A stretch of 64,000 nt of DNA from a bacterium (GTDB lineage Bacteria > Vulcanimicrobiota > Xenobia > Xenobiales > Xenobiaceae): positions 9,726 through 73,725 of the forward strand of contig JALHDH010000006.1 of NCBI GenBank assembly GCA_022839105.1. The letters run 5' to 3'. Positions within the stretch are counted from its first letter, which is position 1, and each line of letters starts with the position of its first letter. The notes beneath the pieces are model-generated. The model made no database searches. It saw only the letters and a list, made by a program, of their open reading frames with translations, and was not told the origin of the DNA. The position numbers and the translations under genes were made by a program. Below, in pieces: positions 49,174 to 57,823 of the stretch.

Positions 49174-51005
49174 GCCCGCTGGGGTGGCGCGGCTGGGCCT
49201 GGCGCGTCTCCAGGCCGATTGGCCTCCTTCCCCTGCTCATGCTGCTGGGGGCGGTGCTGGCCATCGCCTGGCCCCAACCGGGTTCCTGGAGCGGGACGGG
49301 TCGGGACCTGGGCTTGTGGGTCTGGCGGGACTGGTGGTTCCGCTTGATGATGGGGGATGTCCTGGCAGGCCGGACGCCGCCCCTGGAGGCCCTGAGCGTC
49401 CTTCTGAGCGGAGGCCTGGGCCCCAATCTCTTCAGCCCCGTGGACCTCTATCTGTTTTCGGCCCCGTCCTGGTTGATTGGGACCGGAGCGGCCGCCTGGA
49501 ACCTCAAGGTCGGCCTGGTGCTGGCCGCCAATGCCCTGGGAGGCTACCTTCTGGGCCTGGGGATCACCCGGGACCGCTGGGCGGCCCTCCTGGCCGGGGC
49601 GGTGCTGGCCTTCAACCCCACGGCACTGGGCTTGATCGAGAGGGGGGATCTGCGCGACGCCTTGTGGGTCTTCCCAGCCCTCTTCCTGGCCAGCCTCTTC
49701 CACCTGGAGAGGCCCGGGTCAGGCTCCCGATCCTGGTTGCTCTCGGCCACGCTGGCCGGTTGCTTCCTGACGACCTGGTTGCAGGGCCTCCTGGCCCTTT
49801 TCGCCCTGGGCCTGCTGGCGTTCTCGGGGACCTTGCCGGGATTCCGGAGGAATCTCCGCTCCCGGCTCTTCAGTCTGCTCCCCGGCATGCTCCTGGCCGC
49901 GATCTTCCACGGTCCCGTCCTGGCGGCCATCCTGGAGGGGGCCTATCCCTTCTCCTGGCCGGCGCCTCTGGCCGGTCCCCTGGAAATCCGCATGCTCGGC
50001 GAGCATCGGGCCTTGCACGAGAGCTCGCGGTCCCTGGATTTCCTGGCAGACCCGCAGCATCCGGAAGGCCTCAACCCGTTGCTGCTTCTTCTGCTCGTGC
50101 TCCCCCTGGCTCGAAGAACCCGGGGTTGGTACCTGCTCGCCTTCGCGGGTCTGGTCCTGGTTGCGGGACCCTATCTGCGTCAGGGCCTCGCGGGGCAGCC
50201 GGTCCTGTTGGGGGGAAGCCCCGTCCCATTGCCCTTCCTCCTCCTGTATCGTTGGATTCCGGGGATGACATGGGTCGAGTCTCCCGTCTGGTTCGCCCCG
50301 CTGCTCTATCTCGGTCTGGCAGCGCTTGGATCCCGAAATCTGGTGGCGATCCAGGGTTGGTTCGCAGAGCAGGCCTTCCTGGCCCCCCTGATGGCCCTGG
50401 TGGTGCTCGGAGTCACGGCCATGGACGCGACGCATCGGGGCAGCCTGCCCCTGCGCCACGTCCAGCTCGAGCCACCGGCCCTCTATCTCGGCCTGGAGCC
50501 TGGGGAGGGGGGCTTGATCGAGTCTCCGGGGACCGGGGATCGCAAGACCCTGGACTTCTATCAGGCCGCAACCGGACTGGTGGTCCTGGGCGGCGCCGCA
50601 GACCGCGAGGCTCTTCCCGGTCTGGCCAGCCCGGCGGCCCGAGTCTATCGGACCCCGGTGGAGGTTGCCCAGGTGCCGTTCCTGCGTCACCTGCTGGAAC
50701 CCGGACGCTTCCCTCAGGGGCCCGATCCCCGAGGCGACCTGGAGCGACTGCGCCGGGCGGGGTATTCCCACGTGATTCTTCACGAATCCAGGATGGAGGG
50801 GCTGGCTTCCGGTCCGAGGACCTTCCTGTACCTGGTGGCCAGGCTGAGCGCCTTCACGGGGCCTCCCCGCCTGGGCCTCGAGGTGCGCGAGGACTTCCCG
50901 CAGCGGGACGGAAGCCTGGTCCGTTCCCCGGAGAAGCGTCGAGGTCGGCTGGCCATGTTCTCGTTGGGGAAGGGGAGCACCGCGGTGGGTGCGAACGGGC
51001 CGTGA
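49170..51005 (+). CDS. Large polytopic membrane protein, paralog of 45212-47143
   Basis: ATGA overlap with the GH13 stop. More than 10 hydrophobic segments and shared motifs with the paralog (see 45212-47143). Confidence 0.65.
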   Translation: MSPLGWRGWAWRVSRPIGLLPLLMLLGAVLAIAWPQPGSWSGTGRDLGLWVWRDWWFRLMMGDVLAGRTPPLEALSVLLSGGLGPNLFSPVDLYLFSAPSWLIGTGAAAWNLKVGLVLAANALGGYLLGLGITRDRWAALLAGAVLAFNPTALGLIERGDLRDALWVFPALFLASLFHLERPGSGSRSWLLSATLAGCFLTTWLQGLLALFALGLLAFSGTLPGFRRNLRSRLFSLLPGMLLAAIFHGPVLAAILEGAYPFSWPAPLAGPLEIRMLGEHRALHESSRSLDFLADPQHPEGLNPLLLLLLVLPLARRTRGWYLLAFAGLVLVAGPYLRQGLAGQPVLLGGSPVPLPFLLLYRWIPGMTWVESPVWFAPLLYLGLAALGSRNLVAIQGWFAEQAFLAPLMALVVLGVTAMDATHRGSLPLRHVQLEPPALYLGLEPGEGGLIESPGTGDRKTLDFYQAATGLVVLGGAADREALPGLASPAARVYRTPVEVAQVPFLRHLLEPGRFPQGPDPRGDLERLRRAGYSHVILHESRMEGLASGPRTFLYLVARLSAFTGPPRLGLEVREDFPQRDGSLVRSPEKRRGRLAMFSLGKGSTAVGANGP

Positions 51006-51697
51006 TGAGCACCTGCAGCCTGATCCTGCTGACCTACAACGAGATCGCCGGGAGCCGGGCCCTCCATCCCAACCTGCCGCTCTCGCTCTTCGATGAGGTC
51101 CTGGTCGTGGATGGCGGATCGCAGGACGGAACCCGGGAGTTCTTCGAAGGCCAGGGGATCCGGGTCGTCGGGCAGCAGCGCAGGGGCCGGGGCGAGGCCT
51201 TTCGGGTCGGGGCTCGGAATACCACCGGCGATCTCCTGGTCTTCTATTCTCCCGATGGCAACGAGGACCCCGAGGACCTCCCACGTCTGCTGGAATGCCT
51301 GCGGGCGGGAGCCGACCTGGCCATCGCCTCGCGTTTCGCCCCGGGGGCGCGCAATGAAGAGGACGACCAGCTCTTCCGCCCCCGAGCCTGGGTCAACATG
51401 GCCTTCACCCTGATCGCCAACCTGCTCTTCGGGCGGGGGGTCTTCCTCAGCGACACCATCAATGGTTTTCGGGCCATCCGCAGGCCGGCCTTCGAGAGTC
51501 TGCGCCTGGACGAGCGCGGCTTTCCGATCGAGTACCAGATGAGCATCCGGGCCATGAAGGCCGGCCTGAGGATCGTCGAGATCCCCACCCGGGAAGGAGA
51601 CCGGATCGGCGGGGCCTCCAAGGCCGAGTCCTTCCCCGTGGGCCTCGGCCATCTCAAGGTCTTGATTCGCGAGATCCTGCGATTCAGGAGTTTCTAG
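51005..51697 (+). CDS. GT2 glycosyltransferase (polyprenyl-phosphate sugar synthase-like: DPM1/ArnC/GtrB type)
   Basis: LILLTYNE, VLVVDGGSQDGT and LLVFYSPDGNEDPEDL (DxD-equivalent) are present in a short 230-aa soluble form. The ATG overlaps the previous stop (TGATG). The 856-aa ORF-track ORF is real only over its last 230 codons. Confidence 0.85.
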   Translation: MSTCSLILLTYNEIAGSRALHPNLPLSLFDEVLVVDGGSQDGTREFFEGQGIRVVGQQRRGRGEAFRVGARNTTGDLLVFYSPDGNEDPEDLPRLLECLRAGADLAIASRFAPGARNEEDDQLFRPRAWVNMAFTLIANLLFGRGVFLSDTINGFRAIRRPAFESLRLDERGFPIEYQMSIRAMKAGLRIVEIPTREGDRIGGASKAESFPVGLGHLKVLIREILRFRSF

Positions 51698-52623
51698 CTG
51701 GCCTGGTTGCCTCGGCCCAGGTTTGGCGCCAGGGCGTAGAGCAGCCCGCCACCGACTCCGGTGGCCAACCTCAGGGCGTGGAAGAGCATGGACAAGGCCA
51801 TGGCCTGGGCCGGGGTCATGGCTTCTCCCAGCAGCGTCACCATGAACCAGTCCTGCAATCCGAATCCGTTGATGGTGACCGGCAACTGGGCGAAGACCGA
51901 GACGGTCGGCACGAACAAGAGCAGGGGCAGCAGCGGAGGGTTCAGGCCCAGGGCCCTGGCCAGCAGCGCGTGGATCCCCACCAATGCCAGGGGAGCCACC
52001 AGCGAGACGACCAGGCAGCCCCACCAGACCGTCCGCCGCCCCCGATAGGCTCCCACCGCCAGACGCAGGCGGTGCAGCCATTCCGTGAAGCCCGTCCCGG
52101 AGCGGCGTCCCCCCGGCCGGACCCCTTCGAACCACAGATAGCCCAGCACCAGGGCTGCACAGAGTCCCGCCGAGGCCAGGGTCAGCGGCCAGAGGGCCTC
52201 CGGGGCCCTCAGGAAGGCGGCCAGGAGCGTGACCGAGGCCAGGGCCACCTGGCCGACGGTGCCCGACCAGCGCTCGGCCAGGACCGAGGCCATCACCTGG
52301 GGGAGGGCCTCCTGCTCGCGGCCCAGGTCGGTCGCGCGCTTGAGGTCTCCGGTTCCCGTCAGGAAGGAGTTGAAGAAGTAGCCGACCGCGTAGTGGTAGG
52401 CCAGCCTGGCGAATCCTGGCCGGATCCCCTGGACTTCCAGCAGAAGGCTCCACTTCCAGGTGTTCACCAGCACGATTCCGGCCATCGTCAGGCCGGCCAG
52501 GCCCAGGGGGAGCCAGTGGACCCGGGTCAGGGTGGGCAGCCATTGATCCGGGGGGACCTGCGTGAGCACCAGGGCCAGCAGGCCGGCCGTCAGGAGCCAG
52601 CGCAGGATCGCCGCCGCCTTCAC
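51694..52623 (-). CDS. LPG_synthase_TM / UPF0104 flippase-like membrane protein
   Basis: About 8 hydrophobic segments. YHYAVGYFFNSFLTGTGDLKRATDL matches the family's conserved loop. GTG 52623 overlaps the upstream stop (GTGA). Confidence 0.7.
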   Translation of the reverse strand: MKAAAILRWLLTAGLLALVLTQVPPDQWLPTLTRVHWLPLGLAGLTMAGIVLVNTWKWSLLLEVQGIRPGFARLAYHYAVGYFFNSFLTGTGDLKRATDLGREQEALPQVMASVLAERWSGTVGQVALASVTLLAAFLRAPEALWPLTLASAGLCAALVLGYLWFEGVRPGGRRSGTGFTEWLHRLRLAVGAYRGRRTVWWGCLVVSLVAPLALVGIHALLARALGLNPPLLPLLLFVPTVSVFAQLPVTINGFGLQDWFMVTLLGEAMTPAQAMALSMLFHALRLATGVGGGLLYALAPNLGRGNQAS

Positions 52624-53768
52624 CTCTTTCGCGGCCTCGGCCTGGGAAAGAGCATGGGGGTCTGCTGGCGGTAGTCCAGGTATTCCTGGCCGAAGACCCG
52701 GATCAGGTCCCCATCCTGCCGGGAACCGTTCCAGGCCAGGGACCATGCGAGCAGGACCGGCAGGATTCCGGCCAGGAAGCTCCAGGAGTTGAAGACCAGG
52801 CCCAGGCCCGTGACGCCCAGGAGCTTGGCCAGGATCGAGGGATGGCGGACCACCCGGTAGGGGCCAGTCCGGACCAGGCGGCGGGTCTTGGCCGAGAAGG
52901 GGGGGACGGGACCGCCTTCGCCTTCCAGGATCAGGAAGGTGTAGCTCCAGAACAGGAGCCCCCCCCCGGCTCCCAGCAGAAGACAAGCCAGTGCGAGGTT
53001 CCAGGGGAAGGGCAGGACCTCGGGCAGACCCAACAGTTCGTCCACACGACAGCCCGCCCAGGCCAGCAGCGAGGCAAAGGGGATCAGGACGAGCCCATAG
53101 ATGGGCAGGATCACCAGCATCTCCGGGCGCAGCGCACAGCGCAGGCGGTCGGCCGTGGTGAAAGGTCCGGGCGTCCAGGAAGGGTCGAAGGCGAGGCCCC
53201 GGAGCACGGCGACCCGTCGGCCTTGGGCCTTCGGGGTTTCGGGATCTTCTCGGAATCCTCGGGATTCCAGTGCGTTCCAGGCCTCGGTGCGATCTTCGGG
53301 CAGTCCGACCCGGATCTCCCGGGCTCCTTGTCGGCTCAGCCCATCCACTGCCGCTCTGAGAAGCCCGGTGGCCAGTGCCGGGAGGGGAGGTTCCGGGCCG
53401 AACCCGATGGCCAGGATCTCGGCGGTGGTCCCGGGGCGTTGCAGGCCGCCCAGAAGGAAGCGCAACGTGCGCAGAGTCCGCCTGGGGGAGGTTCCCAGAT
53501 GGGCCAGGAAGGTCCCCGGGCGGCGGGACCACAGGTCGCAGGCCAGACGCTGGCGATCACTGGTGGCCAGGACGAATCCCTGGATCCGTCCTTCCTGGGT
53601 CACCACCGTGGCCAGGGCCAGGGGGCTCTGCAGCAGGACCTCCCAGAGCGATTCCAGGAGGGGCAGGGCTTCCGCGGGAAGGCCCAGTTCCCGGGCATGC
53701 ATCCGGGCCACCTGGGGAAGGTCCGCGGCTCGGAGCGGCCGCACGGAGGGGGGCGGAGCCTCTCTCAT
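52620..53768 (-). CDS. Fusion protein: GNAT-like N-terminal domain + ICMT/PEMT-family membrane methyltransferase domain
   Basis: N-terminus: VRPLRAADLPQVARMH...GRIQGFVLA...GLLRAAVDGLSRQGAREIRVGL...NALESRGFRE (GNAT pattern). C-terminus: RLVRTGPYRVVRHPSILAKLLG...VFGQEYLDYRQQTPMLFP (ICMT/PEMT pattern) with 4-5 TMs. ATG 53768 overlaps the upstream stop (ATGA). Confidence 0.65.
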   Translation of the reverse strand: MREAPPPSVRPLRAADLPQVARMHARELGLPAEALPLLESLWEVLLQSPLALATVVTQEGRIQGFVLATSDRQRLACDLWSRRPGTFLAHLGTSPRRTLRTLRFLLGGLQRPGTTAEILAIGFGPEPPLPALATGLLRAAVDGLSRQGAREIRVGLPEDRTEAWNALESRGFREDPETPKAQGRRVAVLRGLAFDPSWTPGPFTTADRLRCALRPEMLVILPIYGLVLIPFASLLAWAGCRVDELLGLPEVLPFPWNLALACLLLGAGGGLLFWSYTFLILEGEGGPVPPFSAKTRRLVRTGPYRVVRHPSILAKLLGVTGLGLVFNSWSFLAGILPVLLAWSLAWNGSRQDGDLIRVFGQEYLDYRQQTPMLFPRPRPRKR

Positions 53769-55231
53769 GGCGCGGACGAGTCCGTGCCCAGGCGCACCGG
53801 TTCGGGGGTCTTCTTCCGGAACACGTCCAGCGTCAGGTACAGGATCAGGTCCAGGCAGCGCAGGTAGTTCCAGATGGTGGCCAGGTGGGTCAGCTTGCGA
53901 AGTTGTCGGCGGAGGGTCTGCGGTCTCCAGTAGAAGCGGCGGTAGAACTCCTTGTGGGCGTTGAGCAGGTCTTCCCGGGTCAGTCCGTGGGGAATGAAGA
54001 CCGCGTCGAAGAAGGAATACCTCGAGTAGTCCACGTCGTTGAGGGTTCCGTACTTGCGGGCGTGGGAAAACTGGGGGGTGTTGGGCAACGGCGTGTTGAT
54101 CTGGACCGTCACGTCGGTCAGGGGGAGCGAGCAGGCGAAGTCGATGGTCTCCCGGATGGTCTCCAGGGTCTCCTTGGGATGGCCGATCATGAAGAACGCC
54201 TTGGTGTGGATTCCCACCTTCTCGCACAGCTCGATGGCGCGACGGACCTGCTCCTTGGTGATTCCCTTGCGGATGAAGTCCAGGATCTCCTGGTTGCCGC
54301 TCTCCACCCCGAAGCGGATGGAACAGCAGCCGGCCCTCTTGAGCCGACGCAGCAGGTCCTCGGTGACCATGTCGACACGGGTCGAGCAGGTCCAGGCCAG
54401 TCCCAGGTTCCGCTCCAACAACAACTCGCAGAACTCCTCGGCATCCGAACGGCGGGCGGTGAAGGTGGTGCCCACGAAGGCGATCTCCCGGGCTCCGAAC
54501 TCGCGGACCAGGTGCTCCATCTCATCGACCATGTAGCGTGGACTCGGGGTGCGATACTTCTTGCCTTCGGCGGCGTGGTCGCAGAACGTGCATCGGAAGG
54601 GGCATCCCCGGGTGGCCAACTGGGTGAATTTCGGCAGGTAGCGGACATCCGTGGGAAGCGAGGCGTAGAGTTTGGGGTTGAGCAGGTCCCGGGCCGGAAA
54701 GGGGAGGGTGTCCACGTCCACCTGCGAGAGCCGGGGCGGGGTGAGTTCGATTCCTCCTCCGGGGTGGCGCAGGATCAGGCCTCGGACCGTGCCGGGAGAC
54801 TCCCCACGGTTCAAGGCCGTGAGGAGTTCGTAGAAGGCCTGCTCCCCCTCTCCGGCGCAGCCGATGTCGAAGCAGTCGTGCTGCATGGCGGCGATCGGCG
54901 TGGCGCTGATGTGTGGGCCGCCGACGACCACGGGCATGCGGGGAGACCACCTCTTGACAGCGCGGGCCAGTTCGATGGCCCGGTGGAAGACCGGGGTGGT
55001 CGTGGTGATCCCGACGACGTCGGGGTCGGCCTTCCGGATGCGGGCCATGGTCTCTTCCAGATCCAATCTTTCGGCAGGCCCATCGATGGCCGCCACCTGG
55101 ACCCCTCGTTCGCGACAATAGGAGGCGATATAGAGCAGCCCCAGCGGCATGGCGTTGGAGAAGAGGTTGGCCACGACCGGGTTCTTCAGCTCCGTCCGCG
55201 ACAGGGGCGGGTTGATCAGGATCGCTTTCAC
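53765..55231 (-). CDS. Class B (B12-binding domain) radical SAM enzyme
   Basis: N-terminal B12-binding-like Rossmann segment (MPLGLLYIASY...DVVGITTTTP...VVVGGPHIS). The radical SAM motif is TRGCPFRCTFCD (CX3CX2C). Confidence 0.85.
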   Translation of the reverse strand: MKAILINPPLSRTELKNPVVANLFSNAMPLGLLYIASYCRERGVQVAAIDGPAERLDLEETMARIRKADPDVVGITTTTPVFHRAIELARAVKRWSPRMPVVVGGPHISATPIAAMQHDCFDIGCAGEGEQAFYELLTALNRGESPGTVRGLILRHPGGGIELTPPRLSQVDVDTLPFPARDLLNPKLYASLPTDVRYLPKFTQLATRGCPFRCTFCDHAAEGKKYRTPSPRYMVDEMEHLVREFGAREIAFVGTTFTARRSDAEEFCELLLERNLGLAWTCSTRVDMVTEDLLRRLKRAGCCSIRFGVESGNQEILDFIRKGITKEQVRRAIELCEKVGIHTKAFFMIGHPKETLETIRETIDFACSLPLTDVTVQINTPLPNTPQFSHARKYGTLNDVDYSRYSFFDAVFIPHGLTREDLLNAHKEFYRRFYWRPQTLRRQLRKLTHLATIWNYLRCLDLILYLTLDVFRKKTPEPVRLGTDSSAP

Positions 55232-55318
55232 GGGGTTGGGTGGACCTTCAGGGAAAAGGATTTCCGGTCCGCGGCGGGTTGCGCCGCGGACCGGGCAGGG
55301 GCGGAGGGCACCGGGGAA

Positions 55319-56755
55319 TCAGTAGCCCGGAAGGCGCTGGTCGCTCTCGGGAGCGGGCGTGGGATAGCCGCCATCGGTCGGGGGGGCATCCAGGTTCGGG
55401 CGGCCCGACGGGTCGGAACCGCCGGGCATGCTCGCGTTGCCCGGTGCGTGGCCGCCTGAGGGCGCCTGGACGGTGGGAGCGCTGGGGTCGGCACGGTAGG
55501 TGCCCGAGTTGGTGGCGTCCTCGATGTGGACCTTGGGAGGCAGGGGGCGATCCGATCGGATCAGCGGCGGGGGAGCGTGCTGGGGCTGTGGCTCCGGGCG
55601 CGGAGCCGCCGGCTTCTGGACGGGGCGCGTGGGCCGGGCAGGCGCAGCCCTGGGGGCCGTCGGTTGGATCAGGGGCGGCTCCTTGTGAGGCTGGGGTTCG
55701 GAGGGCGCGGAGGCCGGCGCCTGCACGGGGGGCGGAGCCGGCAGGGGGGCGGGAGGCGGAGCCTGGACCGGTGCCGGGGCAGCAACGGGGGCCGGGGCAG
55801 CCGGGGCGGGAGTGGCGGCGGGAGCAGCGGTCCGGGTGGGTTCGGCCGTGGGCGCCGAGGCCGGAGCGCCCGTGCCAGGGAGCTTCTCCAGATCGGTCCA
55901 GCTCGAGTTCCAGGAGAGCCAGTCGTCGGGCTTGTCCGGCTTGGGGCTTTCCAGGACCAGGGCGCCGGCCGTGGCCTGCTCGTTGGTCTTCACGATCACG
56001 TTGGCGGAGGTATCCTCCAGGTGGGTCACCCGGACCGAGCCTTCGAACACCTGGACGGTGGTGGTCTCGGTCAGGTCGGCCTTCTCGATCTGGCTGACCG
56101 CATAACGGGTTCCCACCGGAACCACGTTGACGTACTTGGTCTCGATGGAGACGTCGCTGTCGGGGCCTTCGCTGACGAAGACCCGACCACGGTACAGGAT
56201 CAGGTGGACCTTCTGACCTTCTCCTTGCGCCTGGATCGAGACCAGCTTGATGCTGGTCCCGCGATCCAGGCGCAGGGAGCCGCCATCACTCATGGCCAGG
56301 ACGTTGCGGTTGTCCCGGCCCGTCTTGAGCAGGGTGTCGGCGGAAACCGTGCTGGGCAACGACAAGCTCGCCCAGTCGGCACCGGACAGGTTCTTGCGGA
56401 CATCCCGTCCCACTCGCAGTTCCAGGTGGGAGTCGTCGATTCGGGCGGGGGGCCGGATCACGTTGGTCCAGATGGCCAGGAGCGCCAGCAGGAGGACGGC
56501 GGCTCCCAGGGAGCCGAAGAGAATCCGCCGATCCACGTAGACCGGTTGGGAGGTGACCTGTGAAGGGGGGCGGTAGTTGGCAGGAGGGGCTGGCCTGACC
56601 GGGCTCGCAATGGCCGAAGGAGGCACCCGCGTGGGGATGGATCGGACGCCCGGAATCGGCCTGGAGGGCGGAATCGGAGCGTTGACTCCGCCAAGAAACG
56701 GACCCGAGGGGGAGGGAGTCGGCGGCCTGGTGGGTTCGGGTTGATGATTCTCCAT
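55319..56755 (-). CDS. FecR-domain membrane protein with long Pro/Ala-rich C-terminal tail
   Basis: Pro-rich cytoplasmic N-terminus, then the TM LFGSLGAAVLLLALLAIW. The FecR-like segment reads LLKTGRDNRNVLAMSDGGSLRLDRGTSIKLVS...LILYRGRVFVSEG. A ~190-aa Pro/Ala-rich tail follows. Confidence 0.7.
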   Translation of the reverse strand: MENHQPEPTRPPTPSPSGPFLGGVNAPIPPSRPIPGVRSIPTRVPPSAIASPVRPAPPANYRPPSQVTSQPVYVDRRILFGSLGAAVLLLALLAIWTNVIRPPARIDDSHLELRVGRDVRKNLSGADWASLSLPSTVSADTLLKTGRDNRNVLAMSDGGSLRLDRGTSIKLVSIQAQGEGQKVHLILYRGRVFVSEGPDSDVSIETKYVNVVPVGTRYAVSQIEKADLTETTTVQVFEGSVRVTHLEDTSANVIVKTNEQATAGALVLESPKPDKPDDWLSWNSSWTDLEKLPGTGAPASAPTAEPTRTAAPAATPAPAAPAPVAAPAPVQAPPPAPLPAPPPVQAPASAPSEPQPHKEPPLIQPTAPRAAPARPTRPVQKPAAPRPEPQPQHAPPPLIRSDRPLPPKVHIEDATNSGTYRADPSAPTVQAPSGGHAPGNASMPGGSDPSGRPNLDAPPTDGGYPTPAPESDQRLPGY

Positions 56756-57071
56756 GGGGACCTCTTCGTTCCGGTCTGGCCTCTCCTCGACGGGGAGGCC
56801 CGCGCGCTAGATTATATCACCCGATCTGTCGGACTGCATCCGCTTCTTGTTCCCTTGAATTCCAGGAGATTTTTGGGAGGGGTCCTCAACCAGGCCAGGC
56901 CGGTTGTCGAAACCTCCTCTTGTGTGTTATGTTTGTTCGCGTGACCAGCCACCCCCTCTCTCAGAATCCTCCCATCCCAGGCGTCGGACCCCGGCCTTTC
57001 GACCAGGTCCCCGACGGGCCTGTCCTGGAGGCCCCAGGTCCTCACCTGGACGGGTGCCGTGATCTCTCCCG

Positions 57072-57812
57072 ATGAGCCTCGTCCTGCTGATCCCGGTCTA
57101 CAACGAATTGCTGCATCTGCCAGGTCTTCTGGCCCGTCTTCCCGAGCAGGCCGAAGTCCTGGTGGTGGATGACGGTTCGCGTGACGGGAGTGCCGAGTTC
57201 CTGGACGGCTGGGCCCACAGTCGACCCCAGGTGGAGATCCTGCATCTGCCTGTCAACCGGGGGAAGAGCGAGGCCCTGGCAGCAGGGCTGGAGAGAATCT
57301 CCGCGCGCCTCGAGGCAGGTCTGCTCCGGGCGGAGGATGGCCTGGTCCTGCTGGATGGAGACGGGCAGCATCCCCCCGAGCTGGCCGGTGAGCTCAGCGC
57401 CCAGCGGCTCCACAGAGGTCTGGACATGCTGGTCGCCTGTCGCGACTTCTCGCGCTATCCGTTCTGGAAGATCCTCGGCAATCGCTTCCTGACCTGGCAG
57501 GCCAGGCTGCTGACCGGAGTCGCCTGGAGGGATACCCAATGCGGGATGCGGGCCCTTCCCGTCGGCAGGGTCTCGGAGGCCCTCTCGGTCCTGGGCCGGG
57601 AGCGCTACTGTTGTGAGCAGGAATGGTGCGTGGCGCTTCCCCTGCGCGGATGGAAGGTGGCCAACGACTTCCCGATCCAGACCCAGCACTATCGCTCGAA
57701 CAGCACCTTCCTGGATGCCTGGCTGATCTTCCTGGCCGCCCTGCGCGTCTGGGCCCGACGCGGGACCCACGCGGACAGGCGGTTCACCGGAACCTCCTCG
57801 TCGAGAACCTGA
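57072..57812 (+). CDS. GT2 glycosyltransferase (polyprenyl-phosphate sugar synthase-like)
   Basis: LLIPVYNE, VLVVDDGSRDGS, NRGKSEAL and LVLLDGDGQH (DxD) are present in a short soluble form. Confidence 0.85.
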   Translation: MSLVLLIPVYNELLHLPGLLARLPEQAEVLVVDDGSRDGSAEFLDGWAHSRPQVEILHLPVNRGKSEALAAGLERISARLEAGLLRAEDGLVLLDGDGQHPPELAGELSAQRLHRGLDMLVACRDFSRYPFWKILGNRFLTWQARLLTGVAWRDTQCGMRALPVGRVSEALSVLGRERYCCEQEWCVALPLRGWKVANDFPIQTQHYRSNSTFLDAWLIFLAALRVWARRGTHADRRFTGTSSSRT

Positions 57813-57823
57813 GCCACAAGACC

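Noticed and set aside
49127-51697. 856-aa plus-strand ORF
   Set aside because: Only its last 230 codons (from ATG 51005) encode a recognisable GT2. The upstream 626 codons are an out-of-frame read through the polytopic membrane protein gene and are Pro/Gly/Arg-rich.
52959-52967. C9 (G9 on the coding strand) homopolymer inside the GNAT-ICMT gene, and G8 runs at 45255-45262 and about 46274-46281, considered as phase-variation frameshift switches
   Set aside because: They encode Gly-Gly-Gly in a genome that prefers GGG/CCC-rich codons. Several such runs occur in unrelated genes, so chance is a sufficient explanation without read-level length heterogeneity.
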